A stretch of DNA of 64,000 nt, taken from the IMG/VR virus record IMGVR_UViG_3300023313_000006, positions 1-64,000 of that record; one strand, given 5' to 3'. The notes below the pieces were generated by a model, which was given only the letters and a program-made list of their open reading frames with translations, was not told where the DNA came from and searched no databases. Origin of the DNA: a virus. How positions within the stretch are numbered: the first letter of the stretch is position 1; every line of letters starts with the position of its first letter. This document shows, one piece after another, positions 45,779 to 56,263 of this stretch. Position numbers and translations under genes: made by a program.

Positions 45779-46489
45779 ATGTCTATTAAGCAAACAGTTG
45801 GTAGCATGGCAATCATTCATGCCGATATCGGAGAATGGTACACTGGGCAAGCGACGAAATTCAGCGCCACCATTCTAGATATGTCAACAGGAATAGAATC
45901 GCCTGTAAACATACCTTTCGTTGAGCATAGAGCAGGCGATTATACGCTCGAAATTTCCCCAGTTGCTGGACAATACACAATCTACATCTTCAATCAAGAA
46001 TTATGGGCTGGTCATAAATCGGTATCTTTGGAAATGGTTAGCCCCACCGTTTCTACAACAAGTTCTGGCGGAACAGGCGCAACAGCAGCGGAAATTCGAG
46101 CAGAAATTGACGCAAACAGCACCAGATTAAAGACTATTTTTGATAGAGTGACGAAACTGCCGGTCGATCCGGCATCTGAAACAACACTTGCTACAATTAG
46201 AACAGATATAACAAATATACCTTCTAACCCATTGCTGGACAATGACACCAGATTGAACAATTTGGACGCACCAATAAGTTCAATGGCAGACAAAACAACA
46301 ATCGATTTGATAGCAACCGACGTTGATTTCATTCGCAACATGGCGGCTGGTTCATTCGAAATCGTGAACAATCAAATCATATTCTACAAGACAGACAATG
46401 TTACTGAAATTGGAAGAATCAACATGATTGATTCTAGCGGCAATCCGACGACGAATCCGGCGAACGCCAGCAAGAGGACAGTTGTGTGA
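45779..46489 (+). CDS. hypothetical virion protein
   Basis: LPVDPAS, NLDAPISS, Q.IFY..D motifs seen in phage structural proteins. Confidence 0.65.
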   Translation: MSIKQTVGSMAIIHADIGEWYTGQATKFSATILDMSTGIESPVNIPFVEHRAGDYTLEISPVAGQYTIYIFNQELWAGHKSVSLEMVSPTVSTTSSGGTGATAAEIRAEIDANSTRLKTIFDRVTKLPVDPASETTLATIRTDITNIPSNPLLDNDTRLNNLDAPISSMADKTTIDLIATDVDFIRNMAAGSFEIVNNQIIFYKTDNVTEIGRINMIDSSGNPTTNPANASKRTVV

Positions 46490-46759
46490 TTTTTTCTGCT
46501 CACATCATATTCGGCAACACAGCAGTTGCTTCGAATGGTTGGGGTTGGTCGATTCACCAATCAGCAAACATGCTGCGCATCAAAAGAATTGCTATGGAAA
46601 ATAGATTTGTTTTTGTTAGAGAAGAATTATGATTCGTTCGAGGAAAAAATTAGTCAAAAACGACAACAGGCGCGATTACATTAAACCAGACAAGCGAATA
46701 AATAATATAAGCGACGAAAATAGAAAAAGTGTCATCATGGAAAAGAGGTTCAACAAGGC

Positions 46760-47029
46760 ATGATTCAGTATATCAAAGACCCGAACGCAAAACTTGATTA
46801 TGGATGGGATTGGTCGGAATGGCTGAACGGTGACAATATCGTTTCTAGTACCTTCACTGCTTCTTCTCCAGACATCAACATCGTTTCGTCAACAAATTCT
46901 TCGTTCGACACGACAGTTTGGTTGTCTGGTGGTGTCGTCGGACAAAAATATACAATAACAAATCACATCGTGACAGCAGCGGGCAGAGAAGATGATCGTT
47001 CGTTTGATGTGAAAATTCAGAATCGATGA
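46760..47029 (+). CDS. phage fibre-tail adaptor-like protein
   Basis: KDPNAKLDYGWDWSEWL...VWLSGG..G..Y.ITN.I.T..GR.D.RS. Confidence 0.8.
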   Translation: MIQYIKDPNAKLDYGWDWSEWLNGDNIVSSTFTASSPDINIVSSTNSSFDTTVWLSGGVVGQKYTITNHIVTAAGREDDRSFDVKIQNR

Positions 47030-47244
47030 CATTGTTAGAAATCATAAGGAAATACAGACTAATAAGCGTTTTGTTCGTTTTATTTTCTTGTGTTTTGGCC
47101 TACAATATAACAATGTGGTTCATGGGACTAGACAACCCAAACAACAGCCAAAGCGCGTTTGCTTCCGCAGCAGTGCTAGCATTGATCGGGATTGGTAAAT
47201 ACTGGATGGAAACAAAAGCGAACGACAACAAAGGGGATGATTGA
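47026..47244 (+). CDS. small two-TM membrane protein
   Basis: Two hydrophobic helices, WFM.L..P...Q.AF pattern. Confidence 0.65.
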   Translation: MTLLEIIRKYRLISVLFVLFSCVLAYNITMWFMGLDNPNNSQSAFASAAVLALIGIGKYWMETKANDNKGDD

Positions 47245-47807
47245 TGCTTAGTATTTTGGGTTCATTGGTTAGTGGTGGCTTGACTGGAATTTTGGGAACC
47301 GCTTTAACCGGCATTCTTAGTTACTTCAAACGCAAAGAAGAAAACAAATTAACAATCGCTCTCAAGAAAGAAGAACGCGAAACGATGAAGCTGAAAAGCG
47401 ATCTCGATTTGAAGAAGATTTCTTTGTTGAGCGAAACAAAACTAGCCGGAATACAAGAACAACAGGCTGCCGCGATCAAAAAAGAAAGTTATGCGAACGA
47501 CAAAGCAACTTACGCATCTTCAAGAGCAAGAGACAGCAAATGGCTGGTGTTTGTTGATTTCTTGCGCGGCATCATTCGTCCTACTTTGACAATTTATCTA
47601 ATTATATTGACGACCTTCGTTTATATGGAAGCGAGTGACATTGTTTCTGCTATCGGTTACGAAAGATTCGAAGCAGCGAAAGCAATAGCAATCGTCGAAG
47701 AAATAACAGCAACAATTCTCTATCTAACAACAACGTGCGTTTCATGGTATTTTGGTAATCGCTCGCTAGAAAAACACGACCTAAAATTGTATGGTGACAA
47801 AAAATGA
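47241..47807 (+). CDS. holin-like (3TM/GTA-holin-type) protein
   Basis: LRGIIRP.LT...WYFGNRS signature; N-terminal amphipathic segment. Confidence 0.68.
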   Translation: MMLSILGSLVSGGLTGILGTALTGILSYFKRKEENKLTIALKKEERETMKLKSDLDLKKISLLSETKLAGIQEQQAAAIKKESYANDKATYASSRARDSKWLVFVDFLRGIIRPTLTIYLIILTTFVYMEASDIVSAIGYERFEAAKAIAIVEEITATILYLTTTCVSWYFGNRSLEKHDLKLYGDKK

Positions 47808-48976
47808 CAGCATTTTCAACGATTGAAGATTTGAGAGGCTATTGCTTTAGACAACTCGGTTCGCCTGTAATCAACATCGAGGTCGATCACACACAGGCAT
47901 ATGATAGAATCGAAGATGCTATCAATTATTTCACAGAGCGCCATTATGACGGTGTTGAACACATCTATTATCATAAAACGATCAAATACGCTGACGAAGT
48001 GAATGGTTATTTTTCCGTTCCGCCAGAATATAGCGCCATGATCGAAGTGATGAATTTATCAAATCAGAGCACGTCAATCGATAACTTGGACAACTTCCAA
48101 TTCAATATGCGAATGAATTTGAACGAAGAAATGATGCGCGGTAGCACTAGCAACATTTCCGAGTATTTTATGAGCATGAGCCATTTGAATTTAATCAATG
48201 ATATTTTATCAAACGACAAGAACTTTGACTACAATTCGACCACAAACATTTTGCGTCCACGCTGGAAATTGTCATCGGTGGGTTCAAGCAATTTATTGAA
48301 GTCGCCAACAAATTTTGCCACACAAGATTGGACATTGGTCAACTGTTCGTCCGAAAGTAGTGTTGCTGACAGCATTGGTGGTTCTTCTGCTGTTAGAATC
48401 ACGACAAATGCTGCTGGTTCGTTTTCCGTTTCACAAACAATTCCATCCAAGCGTTATCTATTGGGCGATTATTCCGCAAGATTAACATTGATGTCCGAAA
48501 CGTTCGCTGGAAATGTCACTGTAACGCTATCAGATGGCTCAGGATCAATTTTTGGGACACTGACCATACCCAACCAGCAGAAATGGAATGAAAGCGTTTT
48601 AGAGGCCAAATTTGACGCCACAGCGACAAATGATCTTGTTTTGACAATTTCCGGCACTGCTACAGTAGCGGGCGAATCGCTGGTGTTGTTTTCTCCGTAT
48701 GTGTATATGAATAACATCATTGTTCTGAATGGTTATAGAGAATTGATGGAAACCGACGTATCGCTATTAAACAATCGCTGGTTGCGCGAATATGCTACAG
48801 CAATGATTAAGCTACAATGGGGCAACAATCTCAAAAAGATGAGCGGCGTTCAAATGGTCGGTGGCATCGAATTGAACGGCCAACAAATTTACGATGAAGC
48901 GAAAGAGGAAATTCAAACACTGCGCGAAGAATTTACCATGAATTATCAAGAGCCGGCTATTGGTGGGTGGTTCTAG
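47804..48976 (+). CDS. gp13: neck protein gp13 with inserted beta-sandwich domain
   Basis: YC.RQLG.PVINIEV...Q..DRI.DA, WLREYATA.IK.QWG.NL.K, GG..LNG..IY.EA. Confidence 0.92.
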   Translation: MTAFSTIEDLRGYCFRQLGSPVINIEVDHTQAYDRIEDAINYFTERHYDGVEHIYYHKTIKYADEVNGYFSVPPEYSAMIEVMNLSNQSTSIDNLDNFQFNMRMNLNEEMMRGSTSNISEYFMSMSHLNLINDILSNDKNFDYNSTTNILRPRWKLSSVGSSNLLKSPTNFATQDWTLVNCSSESSVADSIGGSSAVRITTNAAGSFSVSQTIPSKRYLLGDYSARLTLMSETFAGNVTVTLSDGSGSIFGTLTIPNQQKWNESVLEAKFDATATNDLVLTISGTATVAGESLVLFSPYVYMNNIIVLNGYRELMETDVSLLNNRWLREYATAMIKLQWGNNLKKMSGVQMVGGIELNGQQIYDEAKEEIQTLREEFTMNYQEPAIGGWF

Positions 48977-49617
48977 TGGCAATCAACCCATTCATCATCA
49001 CCAACACGAAGTGGAACACCAACGAACAAAAACTCTTACATGATATTGTAACAGAAGCAATCCAGTTCGCGGGCGTTGATTTGACATATCTACCGAGAAC
49101 GATGTCAAACGAAGATACATTGTTCCACGAAGCGACTGAATCGACGTTTTCGACCTATTATGTCATCGAAGGTTATCTAGACACATTTGAATCGTTTGAA
49201 GGTGATGGCGACATGCTTAGTGGTCTCGGTTTGACGATCAAAGATCAAGCATCAATTCACTTTGCGCAACGACGATTCAAAGCAGTGACAGGAAAAAATC
49301 TGCCAGTTGAAGGCGACTTGATCTATCTACCAGAAGCAAAAAGCATCTTTGAAATCAAGTTCGTTCAAAACGAAGATCAATTCTACCCACTTGGGACACT
49401 ACCGTCATTCAAATTGAAATGTGAAAAATTTGAATATTCCGGCGAAACGTTTAGCACTGGCATTCAGGTTCTTGACAATCTTAGTTTGACAGCAGTTGAT
49501 TCTGCTGGTGACAACGTTTCCGTTCCGGCACAATCGAACAGCACCAACATTGATATTCAAACAGAAGCAGATTCTTTCTTGGATTTCAGCGAATCAAACC
49601 CATTCGGTAGGGCGTAA
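48976..49617 (+). CDS. gp14: neck protein gp14
   Basis: EQ.L...V.EAIQ..G...YLPR, GL.I.D, P.EGDLIY.P, DFSE.NPFG; GTG start overlapping the gp13 stop. Confidence 0.93.
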   Translation: MAINPFIITNTKWNTNEQKLLHDIVTEAIQFAGVDLTYLPRTMSNEDTLFHEATESTFSTYYVIEGYLDTFESFEGDGDMLSGLGLTIKDQASIHFAQRRFKAVTGKNLPVEGDLIYLPEAKSIFEIKFVQNEDQFYPLGTLPSFKLKCEKFEYSGETFSTGIQVLDNLSLTAVDSAGDNVSVPAQSNSTNIDIQTEADSFLDFSESNPFGRA

Positions 49618-49619
49618 CA

Positions 49620-50354
49620 ATGCTAAACGGAGTTCCATTTTATTTTTCGACTATCAGAAAGGTTGTTGTTGGCGTCGGTGCGATGTTCAACAATCTTCAT
49701 TTGGTGTCTGGCGGCAAAGACATCAAAGTTCCGCTAGCATACGCAGCAAGAGAAGCATATTGGTCGAAACTTAGAGAACAAGATTCGACCGGCAATGTGT
49801 TGACCGAAACAACGCTACCAAGAATGTCATTTTTTATGACAGGTGTTGCTTATGATGGGGAAAGACAAAAACACAAATTGACGAATCGTAGCGTTCAAAG
49901 CACGACCAACCCAAACAACGTTTTTTCCCAATTATCACCGGTGCCATACGATTTGAATTTTGAAATCAATATATACACAAGAGAAATCGAAGATTCACTA
50001 CAGCTAATTGAGCAGATTTTGCCAACATTCACACCGTCATATAATTTGACGCTTAATTTGATTCCACAAATGAACGTGGTTCAGGACGTGCCGGTTGTTC
50101 TCAACGACGTGTCAATGGAAGATAATTTTGAAAGCGGATTAGACGAAAATCGCTTGACGACGTGGACACTTTCTTTGGTTGCTAAAACGTATCTGTTCCC
50201 GGCGATTAAAGACACTGCTCGAATTTCAAAAGCGACAATTTCCGAATATGTGGAACCGTCAATGACGACTCAACTACAACAAATTGGCATTGCCGTTGTT
50301 CCTTCAACAGCAACACAAACAGACCCACATAACATCACGACGACGATAACATGA
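49620..50354 (+). CDS. gp15: tail sheath stabiliser/completion protein gp15
   Basis: FY..TIRK, VPLAY, LPRMSF, YD..R, PVPY, LQ.IEQILP.F.P. Confidence 0.95.
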   Translation: MLNGVPFYFSTIRKVVVGVGAMFNNLHLVSGGKDIKVPLAYAAREAYWSKLREQDSTGNVLTETTLPRMSFFMTGVAYDGERQKHKLTNRSVQSTTNPNNVFSQLSPVPYDLNFEINIYTREIEDSLQLIEQILPTFTPSYNLTLNLIPQMNVVQDVPVVLNDVSMEDNFESGLDENRLTTWTLSLVAKTYLFPAIKDTARISKATISEYVEPSMTTQLQQIGIAVVPSTATQTDPHNITTTIT

Positions 50355-50770
50355 ACAAGATAGAAGAAACGCTCGGACTAGCAGAATTTGAGGACGAAGA
50401 AAAGACGGCAGTGATGCGCGTTCAAACGCCAGTGCCGATCAGAGAAAAAAATTCAAAGAAGCCAACCAAACAAGACATCATCGACGACTACAACTATTCG
50501 CGCAAAACGCTAACGACGGTTATCGATGCCGGAATGGAAGCATTGAACGGAGCATTAAACTCTGCTGCTGAAAGTGGACACCCACGAGCCTACGAAGTTG
50601 CTTCTAGCATTATGAGTCAATTATCGAATGCTGCCAAAGATTTGTTGGCTTTGAGTGAAACGGCCAAAAAATTATCAGACATTGACGAAGGCGATTCACA
50701 AAAACCCGGATTTGTCGGCAGCACCAAAGAATTGTCCAAGTTATTGAAAGAAACCGATGAAAAAAAGTAA
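50351..50770 (+). CDS. gp16: terminase small subunit gp16
   Basis: DY.YSR..L, HPRAYEV, FVGSTKEL. Confidence 0.92.
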   Translation: MNKIEETLGLAEFEDEEKTAVMRVQTPVPIREKNSKKPTKQDIIDDYNYSRKTLTTVIDAGMEALNGALNSAAESGHPRAYEVASSIMSQLSNAAKDLLALSETAKKLSDIDEGDSQKPGFVGSTKELSKLLKETDEKK

Positions 50771-52343
50771 CGGCTATCTCGGTAACATAAACTTAAAGCG
50801 CGAAGGCGAACAAATCGCGTTCACGCAAGAACAAATCAAAGAATACATCAAATGCCGCGATGACAAGATTTACTTTGCCGAACATTATTTCAAAATCATT
50901 TCGCTAGACGAAGGCTTGATCACCATTAAGTTGTGGGATCACCAAAAGCGATTCCTCGATCTATTGTCAAACAATCGTTATGTTGTTGGCTTGTGTGGTC
51001 GCCAAACGTCCAAATCAACGACAATCACAATCGATATTCTCCATTATTTGTTGTTCAATGACCACAAAACTTGTGTCATTCTAGCAAATAAATTGGCGAC
51101 AGCAAGAGAAATCTTTTCGCGCGTTCAGCTTGCTTATGAAAATCTACCCAAATGGCTACAACAGGGCGTGGTCGAATGGAATAAAAGCTCATGTAAGCTA
51201 GAAAACGGTTCGCGCGTTGTGTGCGCAGCTTCAACCGGCTCATCCATTCGTGGCATGTCGGTTGACTATTTGTTTGTTGACGAAGTTGCTTTCATCGAAG
51301 CAAATATCTGGAACGATTTTTATTCGGCAACATTCCCGACAATTTCATCGGGCAAAAATTCAAGAATCGTCTTGGTGTCAACGGCAAACGGATTAAATCA
51401 CTTCTACAAAATCTTCACCAAAGCGAAAGAAGGAAAATCAGAGTTTGCTTGGTTTGAGGCCGACTGGACGTGTATTCCGACGCGCGATGAAGAATGGAAG
51501 CGACAAACAATAGCAAACACCAGCGAAGAAGCGTTTGCTCAAGAACACTGTAACCACTTCATGGGTTCGTCACTGACGCTGATCAGTTCGAGCAAATTGT
51601 CAACGTTGACCGAAAAAACACCAAAAATAACAGAAGGGTCGCTCAAAATATATGAAGATGTGATTAAAGATCACAATTATATCATGGTTGTTGACGTGTC
51701 TCGCGGGAAGGGGCTAGACAATTCAGCGTTTTCTGTTATAGACATTTCAGATCATCCGTTTGTTCAAGTTGCGGCGTACTACGATTCAAACATTTCGCCG
51801 CTGATTTATCCGAGTGTGATAGAAAAAGTTGCTAAGCACTACAACGAAGCAGCAATTTTGGTCGAAACGAATGACATCGGCGAATCAATAGCAACCAACC
51901 TACACTATGACAAAGAATATCCAAACGTCATTTGGACACAAGACGCAACCAAAAAAGCAAAAAATATCGGCATCAGAACAACAAAATCGGTCAAATTGAA
52001 AGGTTGTCTAAACCTAAAAGATATGATCGAAAAAGACGTGCTGATAACAAACGACAAAGACACCATTCAAGAATTGGTTGGATTCGTTCAGAGCGGCAAT
52101 TCATACGAAGCGGATTCGGGTTATCACGACGATCTAGTGATGACGCTCGTTCTGTTTGCTTGGTTCACAACAACACCACAATTCACACATTTCAAACAAG
52201 ACTTTGCTATTGACCAAGCATTCAAAGAACACATCGATCACGAATTGGAGTCGTTCAACCAAATTTTCATCGACGATGGTTTGGACGAAGCAAATCAACA
52301 CCAATTTGAAAACAACGACATTTTAGCAACCCATATTTGCTAA
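50757..52343 (+). CDS. gp17: terminase large subunit gp17
   Basis: YLGN.NLK, RQ..KST, ILANK, LP.WLQQG, DE.AF, DVSRG.G.D, HDDLVM. Confidence 0.97.
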   Translation: MKKSNGYLGNINLKREGEQIAFTQEQIKEYIKCRDDKIYFAEHYFKIISLDEGLITIKLWDHQKRFLDLLSNNRYVVGLCGRQTSKSTTITIDILHYLLFNDHKTCVILANKLATAREIFSRVQLAYENLPKWLQQGVVEWNKSSCKLENGSRVVCAASTGSSIRGMSVDYLFVDEVAFIEANIWNDFYSATFPTISSGKNSRIVLVSTANGLNHFYKIFTKAKEGKSEFAWFEADWTCIPTRDEEWKRQTIANTSEEAFAQEHCNHFMGSSLTLISSSKLSTLTEKTPKITEGSLKIYEDVIKDHNYIMVVDVSRGKGLDNSAFSVIDISDHPFVQVAAYYDSNISPLIYPSVIEKVAKHYNEAAILVETNDIGESIATNLHYDKEYPNVIWTQDATKKAKNIGIRTTKSVKLKGCLNLKDMIEKDVLITNDKDTIQELVGFVQSGNSYEADSGYHDDLVMTLVLFAWFTTTPQFTHFKQDFAIDQAFKEHIDHELESFNQIFIDDGLDEANQHQFENNDILATHIC

Positions 52344-52346
52344 ATA
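52339..52346 (+). promoter_or_regulatory. late promoter GCTAAATA (gp18-19) with SD leader
   Basis: Overlaps the gp17 stop; SD AAGGAG before TTG 52393. Confidence 0.7.
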
Positions 52347-52392
52347 AATCAAAGTACATTTACTTGTAAAATCCACAAAAAGGAGATTTATC

Positions 52393-54189
52393 TTGGCTAT
52401 TTCACTAAGTCCATCAGTCAACGTAAAAGAAATCGACTTAACGACTTCGATTCCAGCCGTAGCAACTTCTATCGGTGCTACGGTCGGTAACTATGCTTGG
52501 GGTCCGGTACTAGAACCAACACTCGTTTCTCGCGAAGATGAACTTGTTTCAACTTTCGGACTACCAAACGACGTAACTTATGCCGATTTCTTTGGCGCAG
52601 CTAACTTCCTAGCATACGCATCAAATCTACAGGTTGTTCGTGTTGTTGATGCCGCCGCTCGCAACGCATCAGACAACGGCACAGCTACCGCTGTTATTCA
52701 TAATCTAACCGATTTTGAAGCTAAAAATGCTTCCGCTACAATCGATGGTTGGGGTTCCGCCGTCGTAGCAAAATATCCCGGCACATACGGTAATGACATC
52801 ACCGTTGAAGTTGCCGATAGCACAACTTTCAACAATGTTCGCCTGACCATTGGTGCTGTAACCGGTACTGCTTTTGCTGTTGGTGACACAATCACCGGTG
52901 CTACTTCTGCTGCTACAGGCACTTTGGTTCGCATCATTTCAGCGAATCAGATCGAAGTTGCTCCAATTTCAGGCACGTTCACCATCGAAGCAATTTCTTC
53001 TTCTGGTACTGGCACTTCAAACATCACTGCTATTGCTAACTGGGACGAAACATCAGTATTTGATTATGCGCCCGACGTAAACGAGCTAGCAGTCATCGTC
53101 AAGAAAGCTGGTGCTATTCAAGAAAAATTCATCGCTTCAACTGTTGCTGGCACAAAAGACTTTCAGGGCAATTCAATCTTCGTCGATGACATCATTGCTC
53201 GCCAGTCCAGCCTAATTTGGGCCAATGCTCCACTGCTAACTGGCGCGGATGTTAATGGTGCTGCCAACGTTTACACTCTATCGGGTGGCGTTGATTCCGG
53301 TGTTCCTACAATCGGCGAATATGAAGCTGGTTGGGATCAGTTTGCTAATCCTGAAACCATCGACATCAATCTCTGTATTGTTGCTAATGGTGGCGCTGCT
53401 GTTGGCAAATACGTCACACAAAACGTAGCAGAAGTTCGTCTCGATTGCGTTGCTTTCGTTTCACCCGATAAAGCAGACGTGGTTGGTGTTTCAAACGCAG
53501 CAGAACTAATTGCTGCTCAACGTGGCGTGGGTGGCAACCTTAACTTCTCAAGCTCTTATGCTGTTATTGACGGCAACTACAAATACCAGTATGACCGCTA
53601 CAACGACGTATATCGTTGGGTACAGCTAAATGGCGATGTTGCCGGCTTGTGCGCCCACACCGACTATGTTGCTGATCCTTGGTTCTCTCCCGCTGGCTTC
53701 AATCGTGGCAACATCAAGAACGTTGTCAAGCTAGCGTTCAACCCCAATAAAGCAGAACGTGATTTGCTGTTCAAAAACAACATCAACCCAATCGTTACGT
53801 TCAAGGGTCAAGGAACCGTGCTATTTGGTGACAAGACAGCACAAACAAAACCGAGCGCATTCGACGCAATCAATGTTCGTCGCTTGTTCATCACGCTTGA
53901 AAAAGCGATTGCTACTGCTGCCAAATATATGTTGTTTGAGAACAACACTCGTCAAACGCGCGAAAAATTTAGGTCGATGGTTGAGCCGTTCCTCCGTGAT
54001 GTGAAGGGCAGACAGGGAATTTACGACTTTGCGGTGGTTGCGGATGAACGCAACAACACACCACAAGTCATCGATTCCGGCGAATTTAGAGGCGACATCT
54101 ACATCAAACCGGCTCGTTCAATTCGCACAATTTCTCTATCGTTTGTTGCCGTTCGTTCTGGTGTTTCCTTCAAGGAAGTCATCGGTTAA
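52393..54189 (+). CDS. gp18: tail sheath protein gp18
   Basis: SP.V.VKEIDLT, WGP, PWFSPAG.NRG, FD.INVRRLF, IKPARSI. Confidence 0.97.
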   Translation: MAISLSPSVNVKEIDLTTSIPAVATSIGATVGNYAWGPVLEPTLVSREDELVSTFGLPNDVTYADFFGAANFLAYASNLQVVRVVDAAARNASDNGTATAVIHNLTDFEAKNASATIDGWGSAVVAKYPGTYGNDITVEVADSTTFNNVRLTIGAVTGTAFAVGDTITGATSAATGTLVRIISANQIEVAPISGTFTIEAISSSGTGTSNITAIANWDETSVFDYAPDVNELAVIVKKAGAIQEKFIASTVAGTKDFQGNSIFVDDIIARQSSLIWANAPLLTGADVNGAANVYTLSGGVDSGVPTIGEYEAGWDQFANPETIDINLCIVANGGAAVGKYVTQNVAEVRLDCVAFVSPDKADVVGVSNAAELIAAQRGVGGNLNFSSSYAVIDGNYKYQYDRYNDVYRWVQLNGDVAGLCAHTDYVADPWFSPAGFNRGNIKNVVKLAFNPNKAERDLLFKNNINPIVTFKGQGTVLFGDKTAQTKPSAFDAINVRRLFITLEKAIATAAKYMLFENNTRQTREKFRSMVEPFLRDVKGRQGIYDFAVVADERNNTPQVIDSGEFRGDIYIKPARSIRTISLSFVAVRSGVSFKEVIG

Positions 54190-54233
54190 GCAATAAACTA
54201 AGCCAATTCACACAAAGATAATAGGAGAAAAAC

Positions 54234-54734
54234 ATGGCACAAAATATCGACGAATTTCGATCAAACGTAACGAACTTCGCTCGTCCAACACTGTTTAAGG
54301 TGACGTTCCCGCAAATCATTGACGATATGATTCAGTTTACTTGTAAAGCGGCAAGTTTACCGGCATCAACCGTTGGTATCATCGAAGTTCCATACATGGG
54401 TCGCAAAATCAAGATTCCGGGTGATAGAACATTCACTGAATGGAACATTACCATTATGAACGACAAAGACATGCTCGTTCGCAAGCAGTTCGAAGATTGG
54501 TCAAACACAATCAATGCTCACGAACTCAACGTCGGACCAAACCAATATGGCGCAGTGACTTATGACGCCAAGGTTCAGCAGCTAGGCGTTGACGGTGGTG
54601 TGGTGGCCGAGTATCAGCTTGTCGGAGCATGGCCAACTGAAATTGCCGAAGTTGATCTTGGTTGGGAAAACAACGACACAATTTCCGAATTCCAAGTCAA
54701 TCTGGCTTACACTTACTGGAACCGTTTGGTTTAA
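54234..54734 (+). CDS. gp19: tail tube protein gp19
   Basis: ARP.LF.V, CKAASLP, GR.IKI.GDRTF..W, WPT, F.V...Y.YW. Confidence 0.96.
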   Translation: MAQNIDEFRSNVTNFARPTLFKVTFPQIIDDMIQFTCKAASLPASTVGIIEVPYMGRKIKIPGDRTFTEWNITIMNDKDMLVRKQFEDWSNTINAHELNVGPNQYGAVTYDAKVQQLGVDGGVVAEYQLVGAWPTEIAEVDLGWENNDTISEFQVNLAYTYWNRLV

Positions 54735-54740
54735 TTGTGA

Positions 54741-54769
54741 TGGTGGCCGCAGAAATGCGGCCATCTTTT
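54741..54769 (+). terminator. intrinsic terminator after gp19
   Basis: GGTGGCCGCA-GAAA-TGCGGCCATC-TTTT. Confidence 0.85.
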
Positions 54770-54771
54770 CA

Positions 54772-54779
54772 CATAAATA
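54772..54779 (+). promoter_or_regulatory. late promoter CATAAATA (portal)
   Basis: Immediately after the terminator; 6 nt before ATG 54786, no SD. Confidence 0.8.
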
Positions 54780-54785
54780 ATCATT

Positions 54786-56261
54786 ATGGAACTTTTCGGA
54801 TTCAAATCAACAAAAAAGAAGGACAAAAAGCTAAATCCTTCGTTTGTAGCACCGACAGATTTTGACGGTTCGATTGATTTTTCAGTCGAATCAAATCAAT
54901 TTGGCACGAATTTTGGATTTCAGCAAGAACCAGATTCTAATTTCACCGAATCGGCGATCAAAACTTATCGCACGATGAGTGAAAATTCGGACGTTTCTTG
55001 TGCTATTGAAGAAATCGTCGATCAAGCAATCGTCAATGATTCGGTGAACGAAATCATCGAAATTCAGCTCGATGACATCGAAGAACTTTCCGCCAACATC
55101 AAGAAAAAAATTGCTGCTGAATTTGAAAACACCAAGCGTCTATTCAATCTAACAGATTCGGCAGACGATTTGTTCAGAAAATGGTTTGTCGATGGCAAGC
55201 TAGTCTTTCACATGATCACCAACAAGAGTGGTTCAGAAATCGAAGAACTGCGGATGATCGATCCGATCGAAATCAAAAAAGTTCAGGAAATCAACAAGAA
55301 AAAAGATAGAAATGGTGTTGAGATCGTCGAATCAATCGACGAATACTATCTCTGGGAACCAAAGAACCTAAAATCAAGAAACAGAGCCGTCAAAATTGCC
55401 GTTGAATCGATTTTGTCTGCTAATTCGGGCATCAAATCAGCGGACGGCAAGCACAACATTTCATATCTCCATAGAGCAATCAAACCATACAATCAACTTG
55501 TTGCTCTCGAAGATTCGATGGTTGTCTATCGTATGGCACGCGCACCAGAGCGACGTGTGTTTTATGTTGACGTTGGTAACTTGCCACCAGCGCGCGCAGA
55601 ACAATATATGCGCAAAGTTATCAACAACTACAAAAACAAAACCGTTTATGATTCAAGAACCGGATCAGTAAAAGACAACAAGCATTTGGTGTCGATGCTA
55701 GAGAACATCTATTTGCCAAGAATGGATGGGTCAAGAGGCACTTCCGTTGAAACACTACCAAGCGGCACGGATATGAGCATGGACGACGTGCTATATTTCC
55801 AGAAAAAGCTATACAAAGCTCTTGGTGTTCCCGTTTCGCGTTTGGACACCGACAATTCCGTTTTGGCAGTTGGTCGAGCTTCTGAAATTTCAAGAGAAGA
55901 AGTGAAATTCGACGCATTTATCAATAAGTTGCGCAGACGCTTTTCTAAGTTGTTCACCGATTTGCTGGAAACGCAAGTCGTGTTGAAAAAAATTATGACA
56001 AGCGAAGAATTTGAAGCAATCAAGCAAAAGATAAAATATAAATATAACAACAACTCTTACTTTGCCGAAAACAAAAAGCAAGAGCTTATGACTGCTAGAT
56101 TTGAGCTTCTACAAGCGGTCGATTCATACGTCGGCAAATATATGTCGATTGATTATGTGAGAAAGAACATTCTAAATCAATCAGACGCTGAAATGGAAGC
56201 TGAAAACAAACAAATCGAAGCAGAAAAGAAAGCAGGGCTTCACGATCAAGGAGACTTTTAA
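54786..56261 (+). CDS. gp20: portal protein gp20
   Basis: LFGF, SYLH.AIKP.NQL..LED, RAPERRVFYVDVGNLP, I.REE.KF. Confidence 0.97.
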   Translation: MELFGFKSTKKKDKKLNPSFVAPTDFDGSIDFSVESNQFGTNFGFQQEPDSNFTESAIKTYRTMSENSDVSCAIEEIVDQAIVNDSVNEIIEIQLDDIEELSANIKKKIAAEFENTKRLFNLTDSADDLFRKWFVDGKLVFHMITNKSGSEIEELRMIDPIEIKKVQEINKKKDRNGVEIVESIDEYYLWEPKNLKSRNRAVKIAVESILSANSGIKSADGKHNISYLHRAIKPYNQLVALEDSMVVYRMARAPERRVFYVDVGNLPPARAEQYMRKVINNYKNKTVYDSRTGSVKDNKHLVSMLENIYLPRMDGSRGTSVETLPSGTDMSMDDVLYFQKKLYKALGVPVSRLDTDNSVLAVGRASEISREEVKFDAFINKLRRRFSKLFTDLLETQVVLKKIMTSEEFEAIKQKIKYKYNNNSYFAENKKQELMTARFELLQAVDSYVGKYMSIDYVRKNILNQSDAEMEAENKQIEAEKKAGLHDQGDF

Positions 56262-56263
56262 TA

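Noticed and set aside
46486-46763. Two short ORFs (46486-46632, 46629-46763) filling a gap
   Set aside because: Start/stop overlaps make them plausible, but there is no recognisable motif, so they were not listed as features.
29487-47029. Invertible tail-fibre shufflon
   Set aside because: All genes are on one strand; no invertase or inverted crossover repeats found.
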